From contig OZ076409.1 of NCBI GenBank assembly GCA_964187785.1, forward strand, positions 94,490,001 through 94,554,000: a stretch of 64,000 nt of DNA, given 5' to 3'. This DNA is from Amphiscolops sp. MND2022 (lineage: Eukaryota). How positions within the stretch are numbered: the stretch's first letter is position 1; the number at the start of each line of letters is the position of its first letter. The notes beneath the pieces were generated by a model, which did not search any database, had not been told where the DNA came from, and was given only the letters and a program-made list of their open reading frames with translations. Positions 48,950 to 61,800 of this stretch are shown one piece after another. The position numbers and the translations under genes are program-made.

Positions 48950-51900
48950 CATAAATTAACAACAGTAAAAAGCGTTCTCCCCATGTCATGAGATATCCAC
49001 CCAGTTGGATTGCTAAACATGCCTCTGCATCCCAAGACAGTCATGGCGACAAATTTCCTCGAATGGGTTGATTATGCAGTTCTGAGCGTCCTGGCCGCTG
49101 CGATACAACGTCTGGGAGGCCGCGAAAATGGCCCAAAGGCCAGCGGGCTACAGTGTCCCTTCTTGTGCGATATTTCCAGGATGATACTGGCAGCCATCAA
49201 AAGTTGGACGAAACTAGAGGTGGTAGACCAAATTCGTTCAACTATTCATCATAACTATCAAAAGCTAAGAGCTTCTATACCGTTGATTCGCTTAGCACCG
49301 ACAATCAAAGCTTTGGCCATCACTAAAGGCATACCTGGCAACCCATATGTGGTAGTGGAGGTATTTCTGGACTTGCTCTGTGGGCAAAAGGAACGAAGCA
49401 ACCCAGTATGTGGAAGCAGAACGAGGAGAAATTCGTGCGGGTTAGCCACAATAATTTTGCTGACAGACTGCCTGAAGCGACCTGTGGCGTTTCTGCTACA
49501 CAAGTCCCAGAGCTGAGCCAAGCTGGCCTTTCTTAGGTTCAGGTAGTTGCGAGCATTGAAATGACTGGGGATGTTCCCGCAAATGACCCAGCAAAACTTA
49601 TTTCCGTACCTTGTCAAGTAAAAACACCCCGTTGCGAGACGAGCCCGTGACTGCAATAACACAAAAGGAAACAGCGACCATCGAATCCGAAGTGAACGAG
49701 CTCGCGAGTCCAGACCAACATTGTTCGCCTCCTTCTGGAGTGATGGCACCCAGTCTAGACGCCGTCTCAGAAGTTACCATTGCCCCCGCTGACCCACAGA
49801 ATGAAAAATTGCTGTCAACAGAGTAACGAACAGACCGGGAATCCAGATTGATAAGAAAAAAGAAAACCAAGGTACGTAGAAACAAACCCGAAACAACTTT
49901 CCCAAACACAATGTAGCAGCTTCCCACCTCCTGCTCGATCTGAGCTCGCCGGTTTGCCTTATTGCAGTCCACTTAGTAACCTTCACAAGACTTGCGCCTT
50001 TGGGCTAGCATATAGATCTCGATATCGTGACACAAATACTTCAATATTGGCACCACAGAAGTCCCGCGAAAGGTCAAATCCAGAGACCACAAAAAAGACC
50101 ACTGTGTTAGTAATAGCGCTCTGTACCCAAACCACGGAGTGCAATGTAAAGAACGACAAATGGAAATACCCTCAATCGACTCGAGCTTTTGACCCGTCAG
50201 CTGATACTACCCCGCACCATTCCAGCAGTCTACATAGTTCCGCAAAGAGTCCGAAAACCGTGCTATTGTCGCTTCTAACATAATTTTGGGACAAAACAAA
50301 ACAAACTTCGTGAGACGCCGGACGTCACACTAACGCACTACACAATCAGAATAATCATACAACCTATCTGCATCGCACTCGAAAATCTTGGAGTAGTCTT
50401 ACCGGCCGCCAGCCCCTTCCCAAAATCGTAATTGGCCAAGAACACGTCCATCGGCACATTCTAAAACTTGACAGTCTTTACTGCATCTGTATAGGCTTTC
50501 CGGGGAATCCTGCGCCTTCAGCAAAAAGGAATACACTAAGTTAAGCAACTTGTCGTAATTATGTAGATCATAACTAGAACTATTCGGCCGTTACGTGACA
50601 TGCGTAATTAATATGAACTCAATCACAACGGAGAACCAAGTGGAAAACAAAAAGAAGGAAAAAGAAGAAGAAATCAAGAACAATACAAACAACTATACTC
50701 TCATATGTCCAGCATTAAACGAAGCAGTCCAAAACTCTGCACAATTTGTTGTGAACGAACACAAGTCAGTCTGTCAACCTCGCCCAATAACAACAACGAC
50801 ACCGATGTGGACAAGTTTTCTTCTTATGAAAGGTAAATGAAAACAAAACAACTAACAAACTAACTCACTGTCAACCTTCTCCTGTGCGTGAGGAACCCCG
50901 ATACACCGAATTTAAGGGCGAATAGACGGCCAGACTTTTTATTAAGTCGCCCAAAACACCACGTAGCTCGCTGAACTCAACAAAAACCTTGCGGATGCAA
51001 CACTTTATTTTCAGCCCAATCTGATAAATTGCGTTCTTCATTCGATGGATGATGTATTTGACCAGGGTAATCATTTCAACCAAGTCGAAAGGAACTTGAT
51101 GAGCCTGGCGAAAATACTGTAGGAAAATAGCCTCATCAAACTTCTGCAAGATGACAACCTGTCGATTACCTCTCCGCTCATCACCCAAAACACGCCTTTA
51201 CAACCGGCTAGCTCCGCGGATGTTCCAAGGCAGTCGCTGCATCTCCAAGCTGCTCACGACTTGAGCAATAGCAATCAACTCTGCATCGGGTACAGGCTGC
51301 CCTGCGACACAATTTTTTTTAATGCTCACACTCTCAGAAAACAACGGAACAGTACTCCAGGGCCTCACCTTTCTCGTACTGTACTCTTTGAAACTGACAA
51401 TACTGTTCAACACGAGTCAAAATACCCTCGGGGAGATAAACCTTGACTCAAGAACGACTGAAAAACCAACGCATTCTACAACAATAGAGAAAGACAAACG
51501 ATGACAGATGGTGAAACTCTTAACCATGAGCAGCAAGCAAGCCCTTTGAAAAAAGACGCAAAGATCAACCCAGAACAGTACTACTTCATGCGATAAAAAT
51601 CTTGCAACCTACCACAGTCTCCGAGCGGCTCCAATTCAGTGCAATACCTGGCTCGCCTTCGCCCAACGACGAAGTGAAGTAACTGCACAATCGGCGCAGC
51701 AGGGTAAAGTCTCTTCCACATGTAGAAGTTGACAAACCCACGACACTAGGGTCATGCAAAGGACCTTTGACTCTACTTGCAAGAGGTTTTGGAGGAGATC
51801 TTCGGGAAAAGGGAACACTTGGCTGAAGTTTACAAACGGACGAGACTGACGTTCAGCCCGCTCCATGTCAAAGGCTCCATTGATTTCTTACATACCAGCA

Positions 51901-52700
51901 AACCCATGTGCACCCGGTATGTCACGTCGTTCGGCCTGTGTCCATCGAACCCAAATTGTTGCCCAAATTCGCCTGAACCACGTGACGCACTAGAAACACA
52001 ACGACTCACACAACAGTGGGTAAATGTTGCTCGACCACACTTCGGCACATCAGCAAAATCGCCAAACATGGGGTTCAAAGTTGGTATTCGCATATTGATT
52101 GCAACTACTGTATTTTCCCACTTTCCGTTGGTGCCACGTTTTCTTAATTTTTTTTGGTCAGTTCCGTAAATTCTACCACTGGTAAAGCAAAACATGTGGA
52201 AACGCCTTGACACAAGCATTTACAATGAAATCCAACAACTAATCGCTTTCAATCGAACGAACAGTGCGGCTTTCCACCTCAAAAAAACTACCCCGCCTCC
52301 TTATCCTGAGGGCATAATCCCGCCACTAGGGAACGCGACCATGTTGTCGTCATCTTTACAAACTAATGGCAAAAACGTAATCAAGGAAAAGAACACAAAT
52401 GTGAAACATACAACCAACTACTCCTAGGCATGCATAATTTTTCTTGAGAAGCGGAGTCGGATAGACGGCTTCTTGAAAGACACTGTACTTCTCCGAAACG
52501 GGAAAACACCAACACCTAAAGAAAATATACCTAAAATACGCTGACAACTGCAATAGCCAGCACACTCATCATAAAGTCCCTCCATGCTAGCCTTCTTCGT
52601 ATTCAGTGGGGACATTAGTCTCAAAGTTGCAACAGGAAGCATCTCCAGAGGAACAGAAGGCGATGCAGTACCTACCACAACAGCGGGGCCACAGCTGGAC
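48950..52700 (-). pseudogene. Decayed fourth paralogue ('D') of the antisense accessory gene, with no gag, pol or LTR beside it
   Basis: RPFVNFSQVFPFPEDLL aligns with TELVDVGERHPFYEDYL of B; ELIAIAQVVSSL...WNIRG with EMGSLSRLLSAI...VAISG; degenerate finger (THCCVSRC..SASRGSGEF); many frameshifts; limits approximate. Confidence 0.65.
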
Positions 52701-55700
52701 TCAAGAACTGGCTCATCAGATTGAGTTACTGAAAATTAAGATCCGGTTCGGGCCCGTTAGTAGTAGTAGACCGGGTAAGACTAAATTGCTGATAACTTAA
52801 TTGAAGTCCAATTACCCAAGAAAATCGGAAAGATTTTATCAACCTGAGATGGGACGCGCAGCATTGACGTCAGACCGCTGGACATCGTCTTCAGTCTACT
52901 CATACCCAGTCTCGTTGCCGTTAACGAAACGGGCAGGGTACGAATGAGGTCCAGTTTCAACTCTCATGAAGGAGTGCAAGGATTCAAAACAACCTGGAAA
53001 ACAAAACAAAACAAAATTCAAAAAAGGTTCACTGTGGAAGTAGTGACGTCATAATGATGTAACCCAAGTTGAAAGAATTGATGACAACATAACTACGCAA
53101 GTAACGAAAAATTAGCAGAAACCTATGTTTTCTACCTCAGCCAATCACAGAAGAGACGGAAGAAAACTAAATGGGAAGACAGAAGTGAAAAAAGGGAGAG
53201 AAACCTAAGTCTAAAGAAAAAAAGAAAAATAATTCCACTCATTGATTCTCCAACTGCTGTAAAAGATCTTCAAATCCATTATCAGACTCCATTCTTCTAA
53301 ATAGCATTTCTCGGGAAAAATTTCGTAGACATTCCGTCTGACGAGGAAAAAGGCACCTATCAAAGTACATCCATAACATCCATGCCGTTCAACATGGTCA
53401 ACCTTCCCAATTTGACCGGCTCACGTCAACGGAATTAACGAGGGGGAGTGAAGAGGAACTTCCCTCACAAGACTTAACTTGTGTTATGATTCCACATCAA
53501 CTTTCGAGACAGTTGGATCTCTCAGGAAAATGGGAGTGGTTATCATCCCCAAACGAATGAACAACGCCGAATGCGTCATTGTAGAAGGACAAGTAGACAA
53601 GAAAGTGACAGCTACTGTGAGGAGCCAGGTTCGCCGTGTTCTTTACCTCCTCTATTTCCATCCCCCGTATTGAGAGACAACACAAATTCGTCTCATCCAG
53701 CGAACGTTCTCCCTCCGAAAGGCATTTACTAGACGACCTAACCGAGCCATTAACAGCCGAGATGAAGAAGGCTATTGAACAGATGACGCAGTTGGAAGGT
53801 GCACGTTTGGGGGAGGGAGGATAAACTATAAGTCAGAAAGGCTGAGGGGCGGAACAGGTCTTAGTCACCAGAGAGATCCTTTATTGTTCAGTAGTCACAA
53901 TGAGATCACAACGTGCCCTGTCACAACCCGCTTCAGGTTATTTTGCAAACGCAACACTGTTCACATAGAAGCGTCATAGGACGTTTGAGAGCGTCAATGT
54001 TTTGAACAACGAGCAGTTGACGGAAGACTGCGGTGAAATGATATCCTGCTGGTTAATGGATTGTTCCTAACAAACTTCCGGAATACGATTTCAAGCCTAC
54101 TACTACGTTTTTAGTTGAAAACTTGAACACGGCAATTGAACACAGATTTCATGGCAATCTAAACCTTGAAACAGAAATAAAAATACAAGAAGAGAATGTT
54201 ATCCATCCGTTTTTCCAACCTAAAAAGAAGAAAACTAAAACACCATTGAATCCGTAATTTGATGGATAAAAACGACCTGAAGTAACAAAATATATAGTAC
54301 TCCAATAGTACAATAAATTCATCTATAAACGGTTGTTCGATTTATGAGGATTACAAGTAAGTTATCAAAGCAAATATTTACAACGCATCGAAATTGTTTT
54401 ATGGCAGACCTAATACTCGGGACTGCTAGCATGATGAACCATTAGCATCGCATATAGGACGTCACATTTGCGCTCAGGCCAACAGTAGTAATTCTATGAC
54501 GTCACTAGTATCAGAATTAGAATGATTTCTGAGCTTGACGTCTTCGGTCAACGATAGCTAATCCACATACACATGTCAACGCTACGTCAATTCTGAAGGT
54601 TGGCTCAATAGGCGTGCTCGCTTTTTCTGCTTTTGAAAACGATCTTCCATAAGCACTGATGTAGATCATGAGGAATATAACGTGGCTTATTGCTAGTTTG
54701 AAGACTTCAAGAAAAACTTTTTTGCGAGAATAATTCATGAAGATATTCCCAGTTCACTGGGAGTGTTCACCCTGAAAGCTTTCCATTTTTTTGCTGCATG
54801 CACTGTTAAGTTGACCATGAAAACACGTTGACAATGCCTCAAAATGATCAGCCTAACCTGATTTCTACTAGAACTTTATGAGAACAATTCGTTCACTCAT
54901 GGTTAACTTAATGTGTGACGTCAACTCCAATCCAATGAAGGCGCAATATAGTCAATAAAGTTTTTCTACGTAAAATACAGTGACTATATTACGCGTGAAT
55001 TATGTGAATTCCCTAACATTTACTATGCTTGTGCTTGTTGAGAACGTAAAATGTTGTTGTTCGGTAATGTGTTTGAATTTGAAAGCTTTAGTTGTTTCCC
55101 GGCTGTAAGACCTTATCACCACTCTCTTTGAATACATTTCCAGTAAAAAAGATAATATGTTGTTATTAAATAAGTATTCTATCATTTCGGGGAGAAACCA
55201 GTTTAAATGTATATATAAATGATCAGAATGCAATATTGATCAGAAATTGATCTTCTAGCAATACTTTTTACACATACTGTAGTTCGGCCATTTCCCTACT
55301 TTAACATTTATTTCCTTTCGTTTTAGTTGCTTCACCTATATTTGCTTGTCACCCTTTTACTCCAATTTCCCTAAAATCCCTCTCGGCGAATTGAGTATTT
55401 GTTCATACCTAGCGATCTTTCATCGTCAAAATATAAAGCGGATCTTAAGTTTAACCCTGTAATAAGTAGAAAGAATTTGATTTCAACAATCGTGACGCAT
55501 GATTGGCTCAACTAGGAATTTTAATACCTGAATTTTAGAAGCTGGACTGACATGATATGAATCGGCTTTTATGATGTCTAGGAATCTTTAGGTGAGGAAC
55601 AAATAATGCTAGAAAAGTGTGAACCTGTTGTTTTTGAATCAAATGAATTAAGTTAATAACCATTGTTTGTACATTGTTTGTATCGTCGTTCCAACGAGTT

Positions 55701-56555
55701 CTGTTGAAAAGATCAAAACTTTCAAGCTCTTTGTTTCAACTGAAAAGTGACAATCAGAAGTCAGAAAAGGAAGACTGCAGAGCAACTAGTCTCCGACTGG
55801 TACTAGTAAATCTACCAAACTTCAAGCAGGGAACTTAGACGAGAATACAACGTCACTCAGACAGGAATTAATGTCCTAGCTTACAAAAATACTAGCTGAG
55901 AACCAGAAGAAATTGCTAATTTGAATAGCCCAAAATGCAAAGGGGACATCTAGCACATTTGTGAGCTTTATGATAGAACATTGGTGATCAATGTTTGACT
56001 TGATTTCATTACAATTGTATAGTATTTTTATGAAAGTTCATGTTTTTGATGTATAAGCTCTTCAACGGAACACATGGTTTCTCATATTTACCCTTTCTTG
56101 AACTCGTAGTTTTATTGTATGGTTCGTTTCCGGAATATATGACATTCTTGTTTTGCTCTCGAAATGGAATTTTAGGCATTGGTAGTTTATTGGAATCAAT
56201 GTTTTCACAGAACAGCTTTTTCAAAACTCTTAGGTTGACACGATTGGTATTAAGTGTGTTCCATGATCGTTCTCTCAATTGATCGTTTGTTTCATTGCAG
56301 AAGTTATGCTGTTTTATTAGTAGTTTCTGATGTGCTTTTGTGCGCACAAATGCAGAACAAATCAGAAAAGTGTCTGAAAACCGTGTATGTTTTTATATTT
56401 GTTGATTACATGAACATATAGCTGCTTGAACACAAAAAGGTGATTACATGAACACAAAAAGATACATTTTTCAGCTGTTTCATTCGTGAATCTTTTATTT
56501 ACCCAGAAATGAAAAGAATAGCTCTATTTTGTGTTTTTCAGGAAATTTAGTTGGG

Positions 56556-57976
56556 ATGTTTGGCAACAGAACAACAAACACAACAACAGCTACCCTTAAT
56601 ACCTCGCTATCGAGTTTTCCACCATATGATTTGGATTACGCGCGCTTTTTCCATACTGACGATGGCATGCTTGCGTTTTATTCATGGTCCACGATTTTTT
56701 CATTTGTCGGAAGTTGCTTATGTTTTATTTTGAATGCATATCTTCTCCACTGCCTGCTAACAACTGACGAGTTCAAGAATCTCTTTTTCTTTCCGATCGG
56801 ACTGCAAGCCTTGATTGATATGATAGGCCCAGGGTTATCAAACTTTGTTAACGTTATTGTCTCGCTCCATAAATTTCGCACTGCTTTGGAATATTCAGCG
56901 GCTGAAACTCCCGAGGTGGATTCGGACATTATTGTGTCGATTCAAATACTTTCAGGCATTTTCAGCTCTGTTTATTCGCGTCAACAACAAACAAGACGAG
57001 AACGTCTAAAGTCGGCGCCATATCTAAGGCTCAAAAAGCGCAAAACTTGAAATTTTTTTTCTTTCAAAAAAAGTCGTATTGTGCCAAAAAATGTAAAAGG
57101 GGGACCCATCTGGACTTATTGACATACATTCCGTTGCAAAAAATCAAAAACCTCGAAGGGGGGACCCTTTGGGGACATTAAAAAATTTTTCGAAAAAAAG
57201 TCGCACAGTGCCGAAAAAAATCCAAAGGGGGACCCTTTAGGCACGTCCGGTTTTGTGGGTTTCCTTGAAAAAGTAAATAAAAAGTAAAAAATCAAAGGGG
57301 CACCCTTTGGAATAACTTAGATGCGTTTCCGGGGTATTCGTTTAGTTGAAGATACTGAACGTTAACGTTCGTCGCTTCGAGTCTGTCTTAAATAAAAAAA
57401 ACGAGTGACTGTAATAGTCGGGCTCTTTTCTTAAGAAAAGCGCCGACTAAAAACGTTCACAAAAATTTGAGAAGTTCTAAAAAAACTGCCAAATGCAAAA
57501 AAAATGCCTGCAATTCTGGCAAGACATTTCAAGTTTGTGAAAAAACTCCAGTCGAAGAATGAAGTTCTTTTGAATCGCTTTTATGTTTCAAAGCAAAATC
57601 TACGAAAAAGCTGGAAAAGCCGCATGCATGCAGGAAAACTTGGCTGTGGATTGACATTCTTCAGGCTGATTGTTAATGAATTCTCTACCGGATTGTGCAT
57701 CTTCGCTTCAGCGTTCATCAGATATTGCTTGATATGTCATCCAACGTCTGACCTTTTGACTAAGAACAGGATGATAGCATTGTCAGCGTGTCTTGTTGGG
57801 GCTATCATAACAGTTTTAGCCGTGAATGCATGGGACATGTCCGCTAATTTTCGGCCGATTGAAGACGGTCAAAGCGATTATGACTACGGTGACTTTGATT
57901 ACGAATATGACTATGGACAGTATGCGGATTTCAAGCTGCCGCGTTTCATTTTTAACTGTGCTCATTTCAGTTTGAG
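56556..57976 (+). CDS. Class A (rhodopsin-like) GPCR, TM1-TM4 region only, interrupted by a 678-bp insertion or intron; possibly a pseudogene
   Basis: N-glycosylation sequons (NRT, NTT, NTS), TM1 ending in LN, TM2 LQALID, Cys before TM3, IRYCLICHP (DRY-equivalent), TM4; donor AG/GTAGGG at 57977; no clear TM5-7 found. Confidence 0.8.
56990..57453. mobile_element. Short non-autonomous element with Helentron/DINE-1-like structure, nested in the GPCR insertion
   Basis: Subterminal inverted repeat AGTCGGCGC (57010-57018) / GCGCCGACT (57440-57448); terminal stem-loop 57416-57448; internal repeated AAAAAGTCG...AAAGGGGGACCC units; A-rich ends. Confidence 0.6.
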
Positions 57977-58825
57977 GTAGGGGTCAAACGATTTTCACAC
58001 TAAGGTTGACTCATGAAAGATAGCGGGACAGTATACAATTGTTTTTTTTACAAAAAAGTAATTACAATTAATTCATGAGGTGTATCACTGAGATTCAACT
58101 ATAGTGTAATCGCTAACTGCAGAAACGCAACTCGTGTAGTATAGACAGTTTTGTAACTGTATTTAGACAACACGGTGATTTTTATCTTTTAGGCAAATAG
58201 TTAATATTCAAATATGAGAATATTTCTTAGTTCTAAGTGCAAAGAGTTTTACGGTAGAAAGCTACCACATTCCTTCGCAAATTAGAAACAGGATACAATA
58301 ATATTCAGGTATCAAAGTCCAACTAAAACAGGGTTCACGATTTGAAAAATTAATCTGGTCTCAGATACGGTTCTTTGATAATTTTAAGGCACTTCAGAGT
58401 TCATCTGAACTGTACATTCCCAGATTCTAACACCAAACCACTCCTGTGCTATACGTACACGTTTCGTTCTTTGTGAATGGATCGTAGTGTCCAAAAGATG
58501 TTCATCATTTGCATCACATCCTGGTTAGACCGAAACGAAGTCAGTTGTGCTGGTTTTCTTCTCGACTGCATAGACTGAGGAGTTTCCGATTCTCAGCTGT
58601 TTCTGCTTCCAGCGCTCTTCGACTTTGATTCTTTACCCCTTTCGCCTTAGGAATAACAGCTTGCGTCATTGGTGCAGACAGACGATCGACGGAATGATAT
58701 TTTCAGTCTCACGCTTGATCGTTCACCGTCTCCTATTTGGAAAACCCAATTGCTACACTTATTTCATCACCTAGTCAAGAAAAGTATTCATTTTCACATA
58801 TAAGGATTTATAGGTATTAGCAAAA

Positions 58826-61800
58826 GGGGAGCATAAAATCGTCCATTACACTTTCATTTTGTGTATAACGTTTAAATAAACTACACTAAAAACGTGTATC
58901 TTTAGGTTCAACTTCTTGTGAAACGAGTCAAATAGTATTACAATCATAGATAGTCAGCACTGCTATATTATACGGGTATCTGGCTGAACTTCAAGACTTC
59001 AGCAGAAATAGCATCTAAAAACTGGGTTTGCGTTTGTTGAACACTGGGTTTAAGACTTGAGGGGGAAATTAAAGTATTTGTTGGTATGTTTCTTTATTTT
59101 AGAGGTTCAGTACTTTAGGGAGACGCTAAGAGAGTTGCAAAGTCTGGTCAGAATCTCAAGATGTAATTGACAACTTTTTAGGTATAACGTTTATCTCAGT
59201 TGTGAAGAGGATAAAGAACAAAAAAACTCTACAGAGATTGGAAATTTGATGAATACAAATGAGTACAATAAAATTCAAAGTGCGTACGCCAAGTTGCGAC
59301 ATTCAGACAAATAGGCGGGGAGATGATTTCGAGGCCTTACATCATAGATATATCATCCGACCGGGTTTGGAAAAAAAAGAATGAGAAATTTTAAAGTTTT
59401 GCACGAGGTGTTTGAGTTAGGATAAAAATGTTTTGGTGTTGTTTTAATAGATATGGAGAGGTGAGTTTAAGTTTATAGGCAGCTGAGGAAGGTGTAAATT
59501 GTTTTCTACAAGAAGAGTTTCAACTATATCCTAATATTATAATTTTGAGTTGTAACTATGTCTTGGCATTATTTTTTACTTGCGTAGGGTTCGGGAATAC
59601 TCAAGTTCCAGCTTTAGACAATTAAATAGAGGTGTAGTTACGATTAATATTCTTTGAGTTGGTGCTAAGTTTAAAAGAATGTATGAATTTGAAAAGGTTT
59701 TGTTTCTTATATTGGAGTTCAAAAGACTAAAAATTGGCGTGTTTTTTTTGGGGAATGCATCATTTTAATTGTAGTCAGTTCATGTTGATTACTTCGAGAA
59801 GCGTTTGAAAGAGAACGTGACTGGAAATGAACAGTGATGAATAGGCAGCGAGCGAGTGACGTCAAAAGAGCAGGAACATGGAAATTGGCGGAGTTGATAA
59901 ATGGTAATTGAACAAATCGAGAGAGAGAGAGAGAGAGAGAAAGAAAGAGAGAGGGGGTTAAAACATTTGAAGGTTCAATTAGGTCGGTAAAACCGACCTT
60001 ATAGCGTAATGAAGTAGCATCCAAGTTGTACATTTTATGAAACTTTTAAAGTGTGGTGAACGAAAATGGCTACAAAAGAATTTTATTTTCATAGCGACAG
60101 AAAAACTTGAAGAGTTGGTGAAAATGAGAGTGAGGGAAATTGCAATATATGCCACATGATAAGAGAGGTGGGACATTAGTATAAAATACTTTTTTTGTAC
60201 AAATTTTGAATAAAATTCGAAAACAAAACATTAAACTTTGATTAATCGACTCTTTGCAAAGAAGGGTCCAAGGATGGTGAATCATTCAAAGAAATGGGGG
60301 GTCAGTTTGTGAGAGATTCAATTGTGATGGGATTAGCGCGGGGTATGGCGGCGAAAGAAAAATTAAGGTATTTATTTGATAGGGAAAAGAGGGAATATGT
60401 GAAACGATTTTGGGAAGTGAGGGTATTTTTTGGGAATGTTGCCTGCAATTATTATAAATATGGGGGTCACTGAATAAGTAAGTGGTTTATAATTGGGCTG
60501 CGTATAATAAAGGGATTTAAATTCAGAAAGACATGGGGAGTGATTAAATGATTAGCTATTTGGTTCAGGTTAATTGCGATTGTTTTTAATTAAGTGAACA
60601 TTTTGAAATCAGTTTGTCTAAATAATTTTCGTAACGCTTGAGAGCCTTGTTTTAGTTTTCGAGTTTTTTGTTTTTATACAACAGAGTGGTCAATTCTTTT
60701 CGTTGCAGAGCTTGTTTCACCTGGGGGCAGTTGCGGACGCTTCTGGTGAAGGGGCTTGCAGATTTGGAGCGTCTATGTTATTTCTCTGACAGCGGGGCAT
60801 TGTTGCAATCTTAAGTTGGTAGCAACAACATCTGATGGGAGAAAAGACCACAGAGAAGCTGCGTCAAATGGTGATTTTCCAGTGAATGAAGATGACGAAA
60901 CTGGCAACACAGTACACGAAGCAGTGACAGAAGTGGAGGAGGTGTTGCATGGCGGCATTGACAATGATGAAGATATTATCTCGTTGATGGAGGGGTATGC
61001 CGTCTTGGAGTCAAGATAGGCACTTCGAGGAAGAGTTGACATGATGAAATGAGGAAGAATGAAATTATCAAAAATACTAAAACACGGTGATGGTGAATTT
61101 TTGTATTTTGTAAATAGTGTTGTCAAGTGTATGTGGTGCATTTTTGTGATGAAGGTCGAAAGAAGCGGCAACACAAGTGCAGTACTGCGAAAGTCGGAAA
61201 AAATTCATGAGTAATTTTCGAGAAGATAATTATTGCTTTAAACGAAGCAGCGGAAAAGGTTTGAATAGATTTGGAGTGTAAAAATGATGAAGAGTGAAAA
61301 TGGAAGAAATGTATCAAGAACTTTGTATTTTNNNNNNNNNNNNNNNNNNNNNNNNNNNNNNNNNNNNNNNNNNNNNNNNNNNNNNNNNNNNNNNNNNNNN
61401 NNNNNNNNNNNNNNNNNNNNNNNNNNNNNNNNNNNNNNNNNNNNNNNNNNNNNNNNNNNNNNNNNNNNNNNNNNNNNNNNNNNNNNNNNNNNNNNNNNNN
61501 NNNNNNNNNNNNNNNNNNNNNNNNNNNNNNNACTCTTCATCATTTTTACACTCCAAATCTATTCAAACCTTTTCCGCTGCTTCGTTTAAAGCAATAATTA
61601 TCTTCTCGAAATTTACTCATGAATTTTTTCCGACTTTCGCAGTACTGCACTTGTGTTGCCGCTTCTTTCGACCTTCATCACAAAAATGCACCACATACAC
61701 TTGACAACACTATTTACAAAATACAAAAATTCACCATCACCGTGTTTTAGTATTTTTGATAATTTCATTCTTCCTCATTTCATCATGTCAACTCTTCCTC

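Noticed and set aside
58123..58180. Next GPCR exon (RNATRVV...)
   Set aside because: A plausible acceptor, but a stop follows within a few codons and no TM5-7 sequence was found; cannot be supported
60756..61019. 87-aa acidic ORF (mirrored at 61808-62071) as a gene
   Set aside because: No ATG start or recognisable domain; the second copy is only due to the inverted duplication
61238..61704. ORFs spanning the N run
   Set aside because: Artefacts of translating the gap
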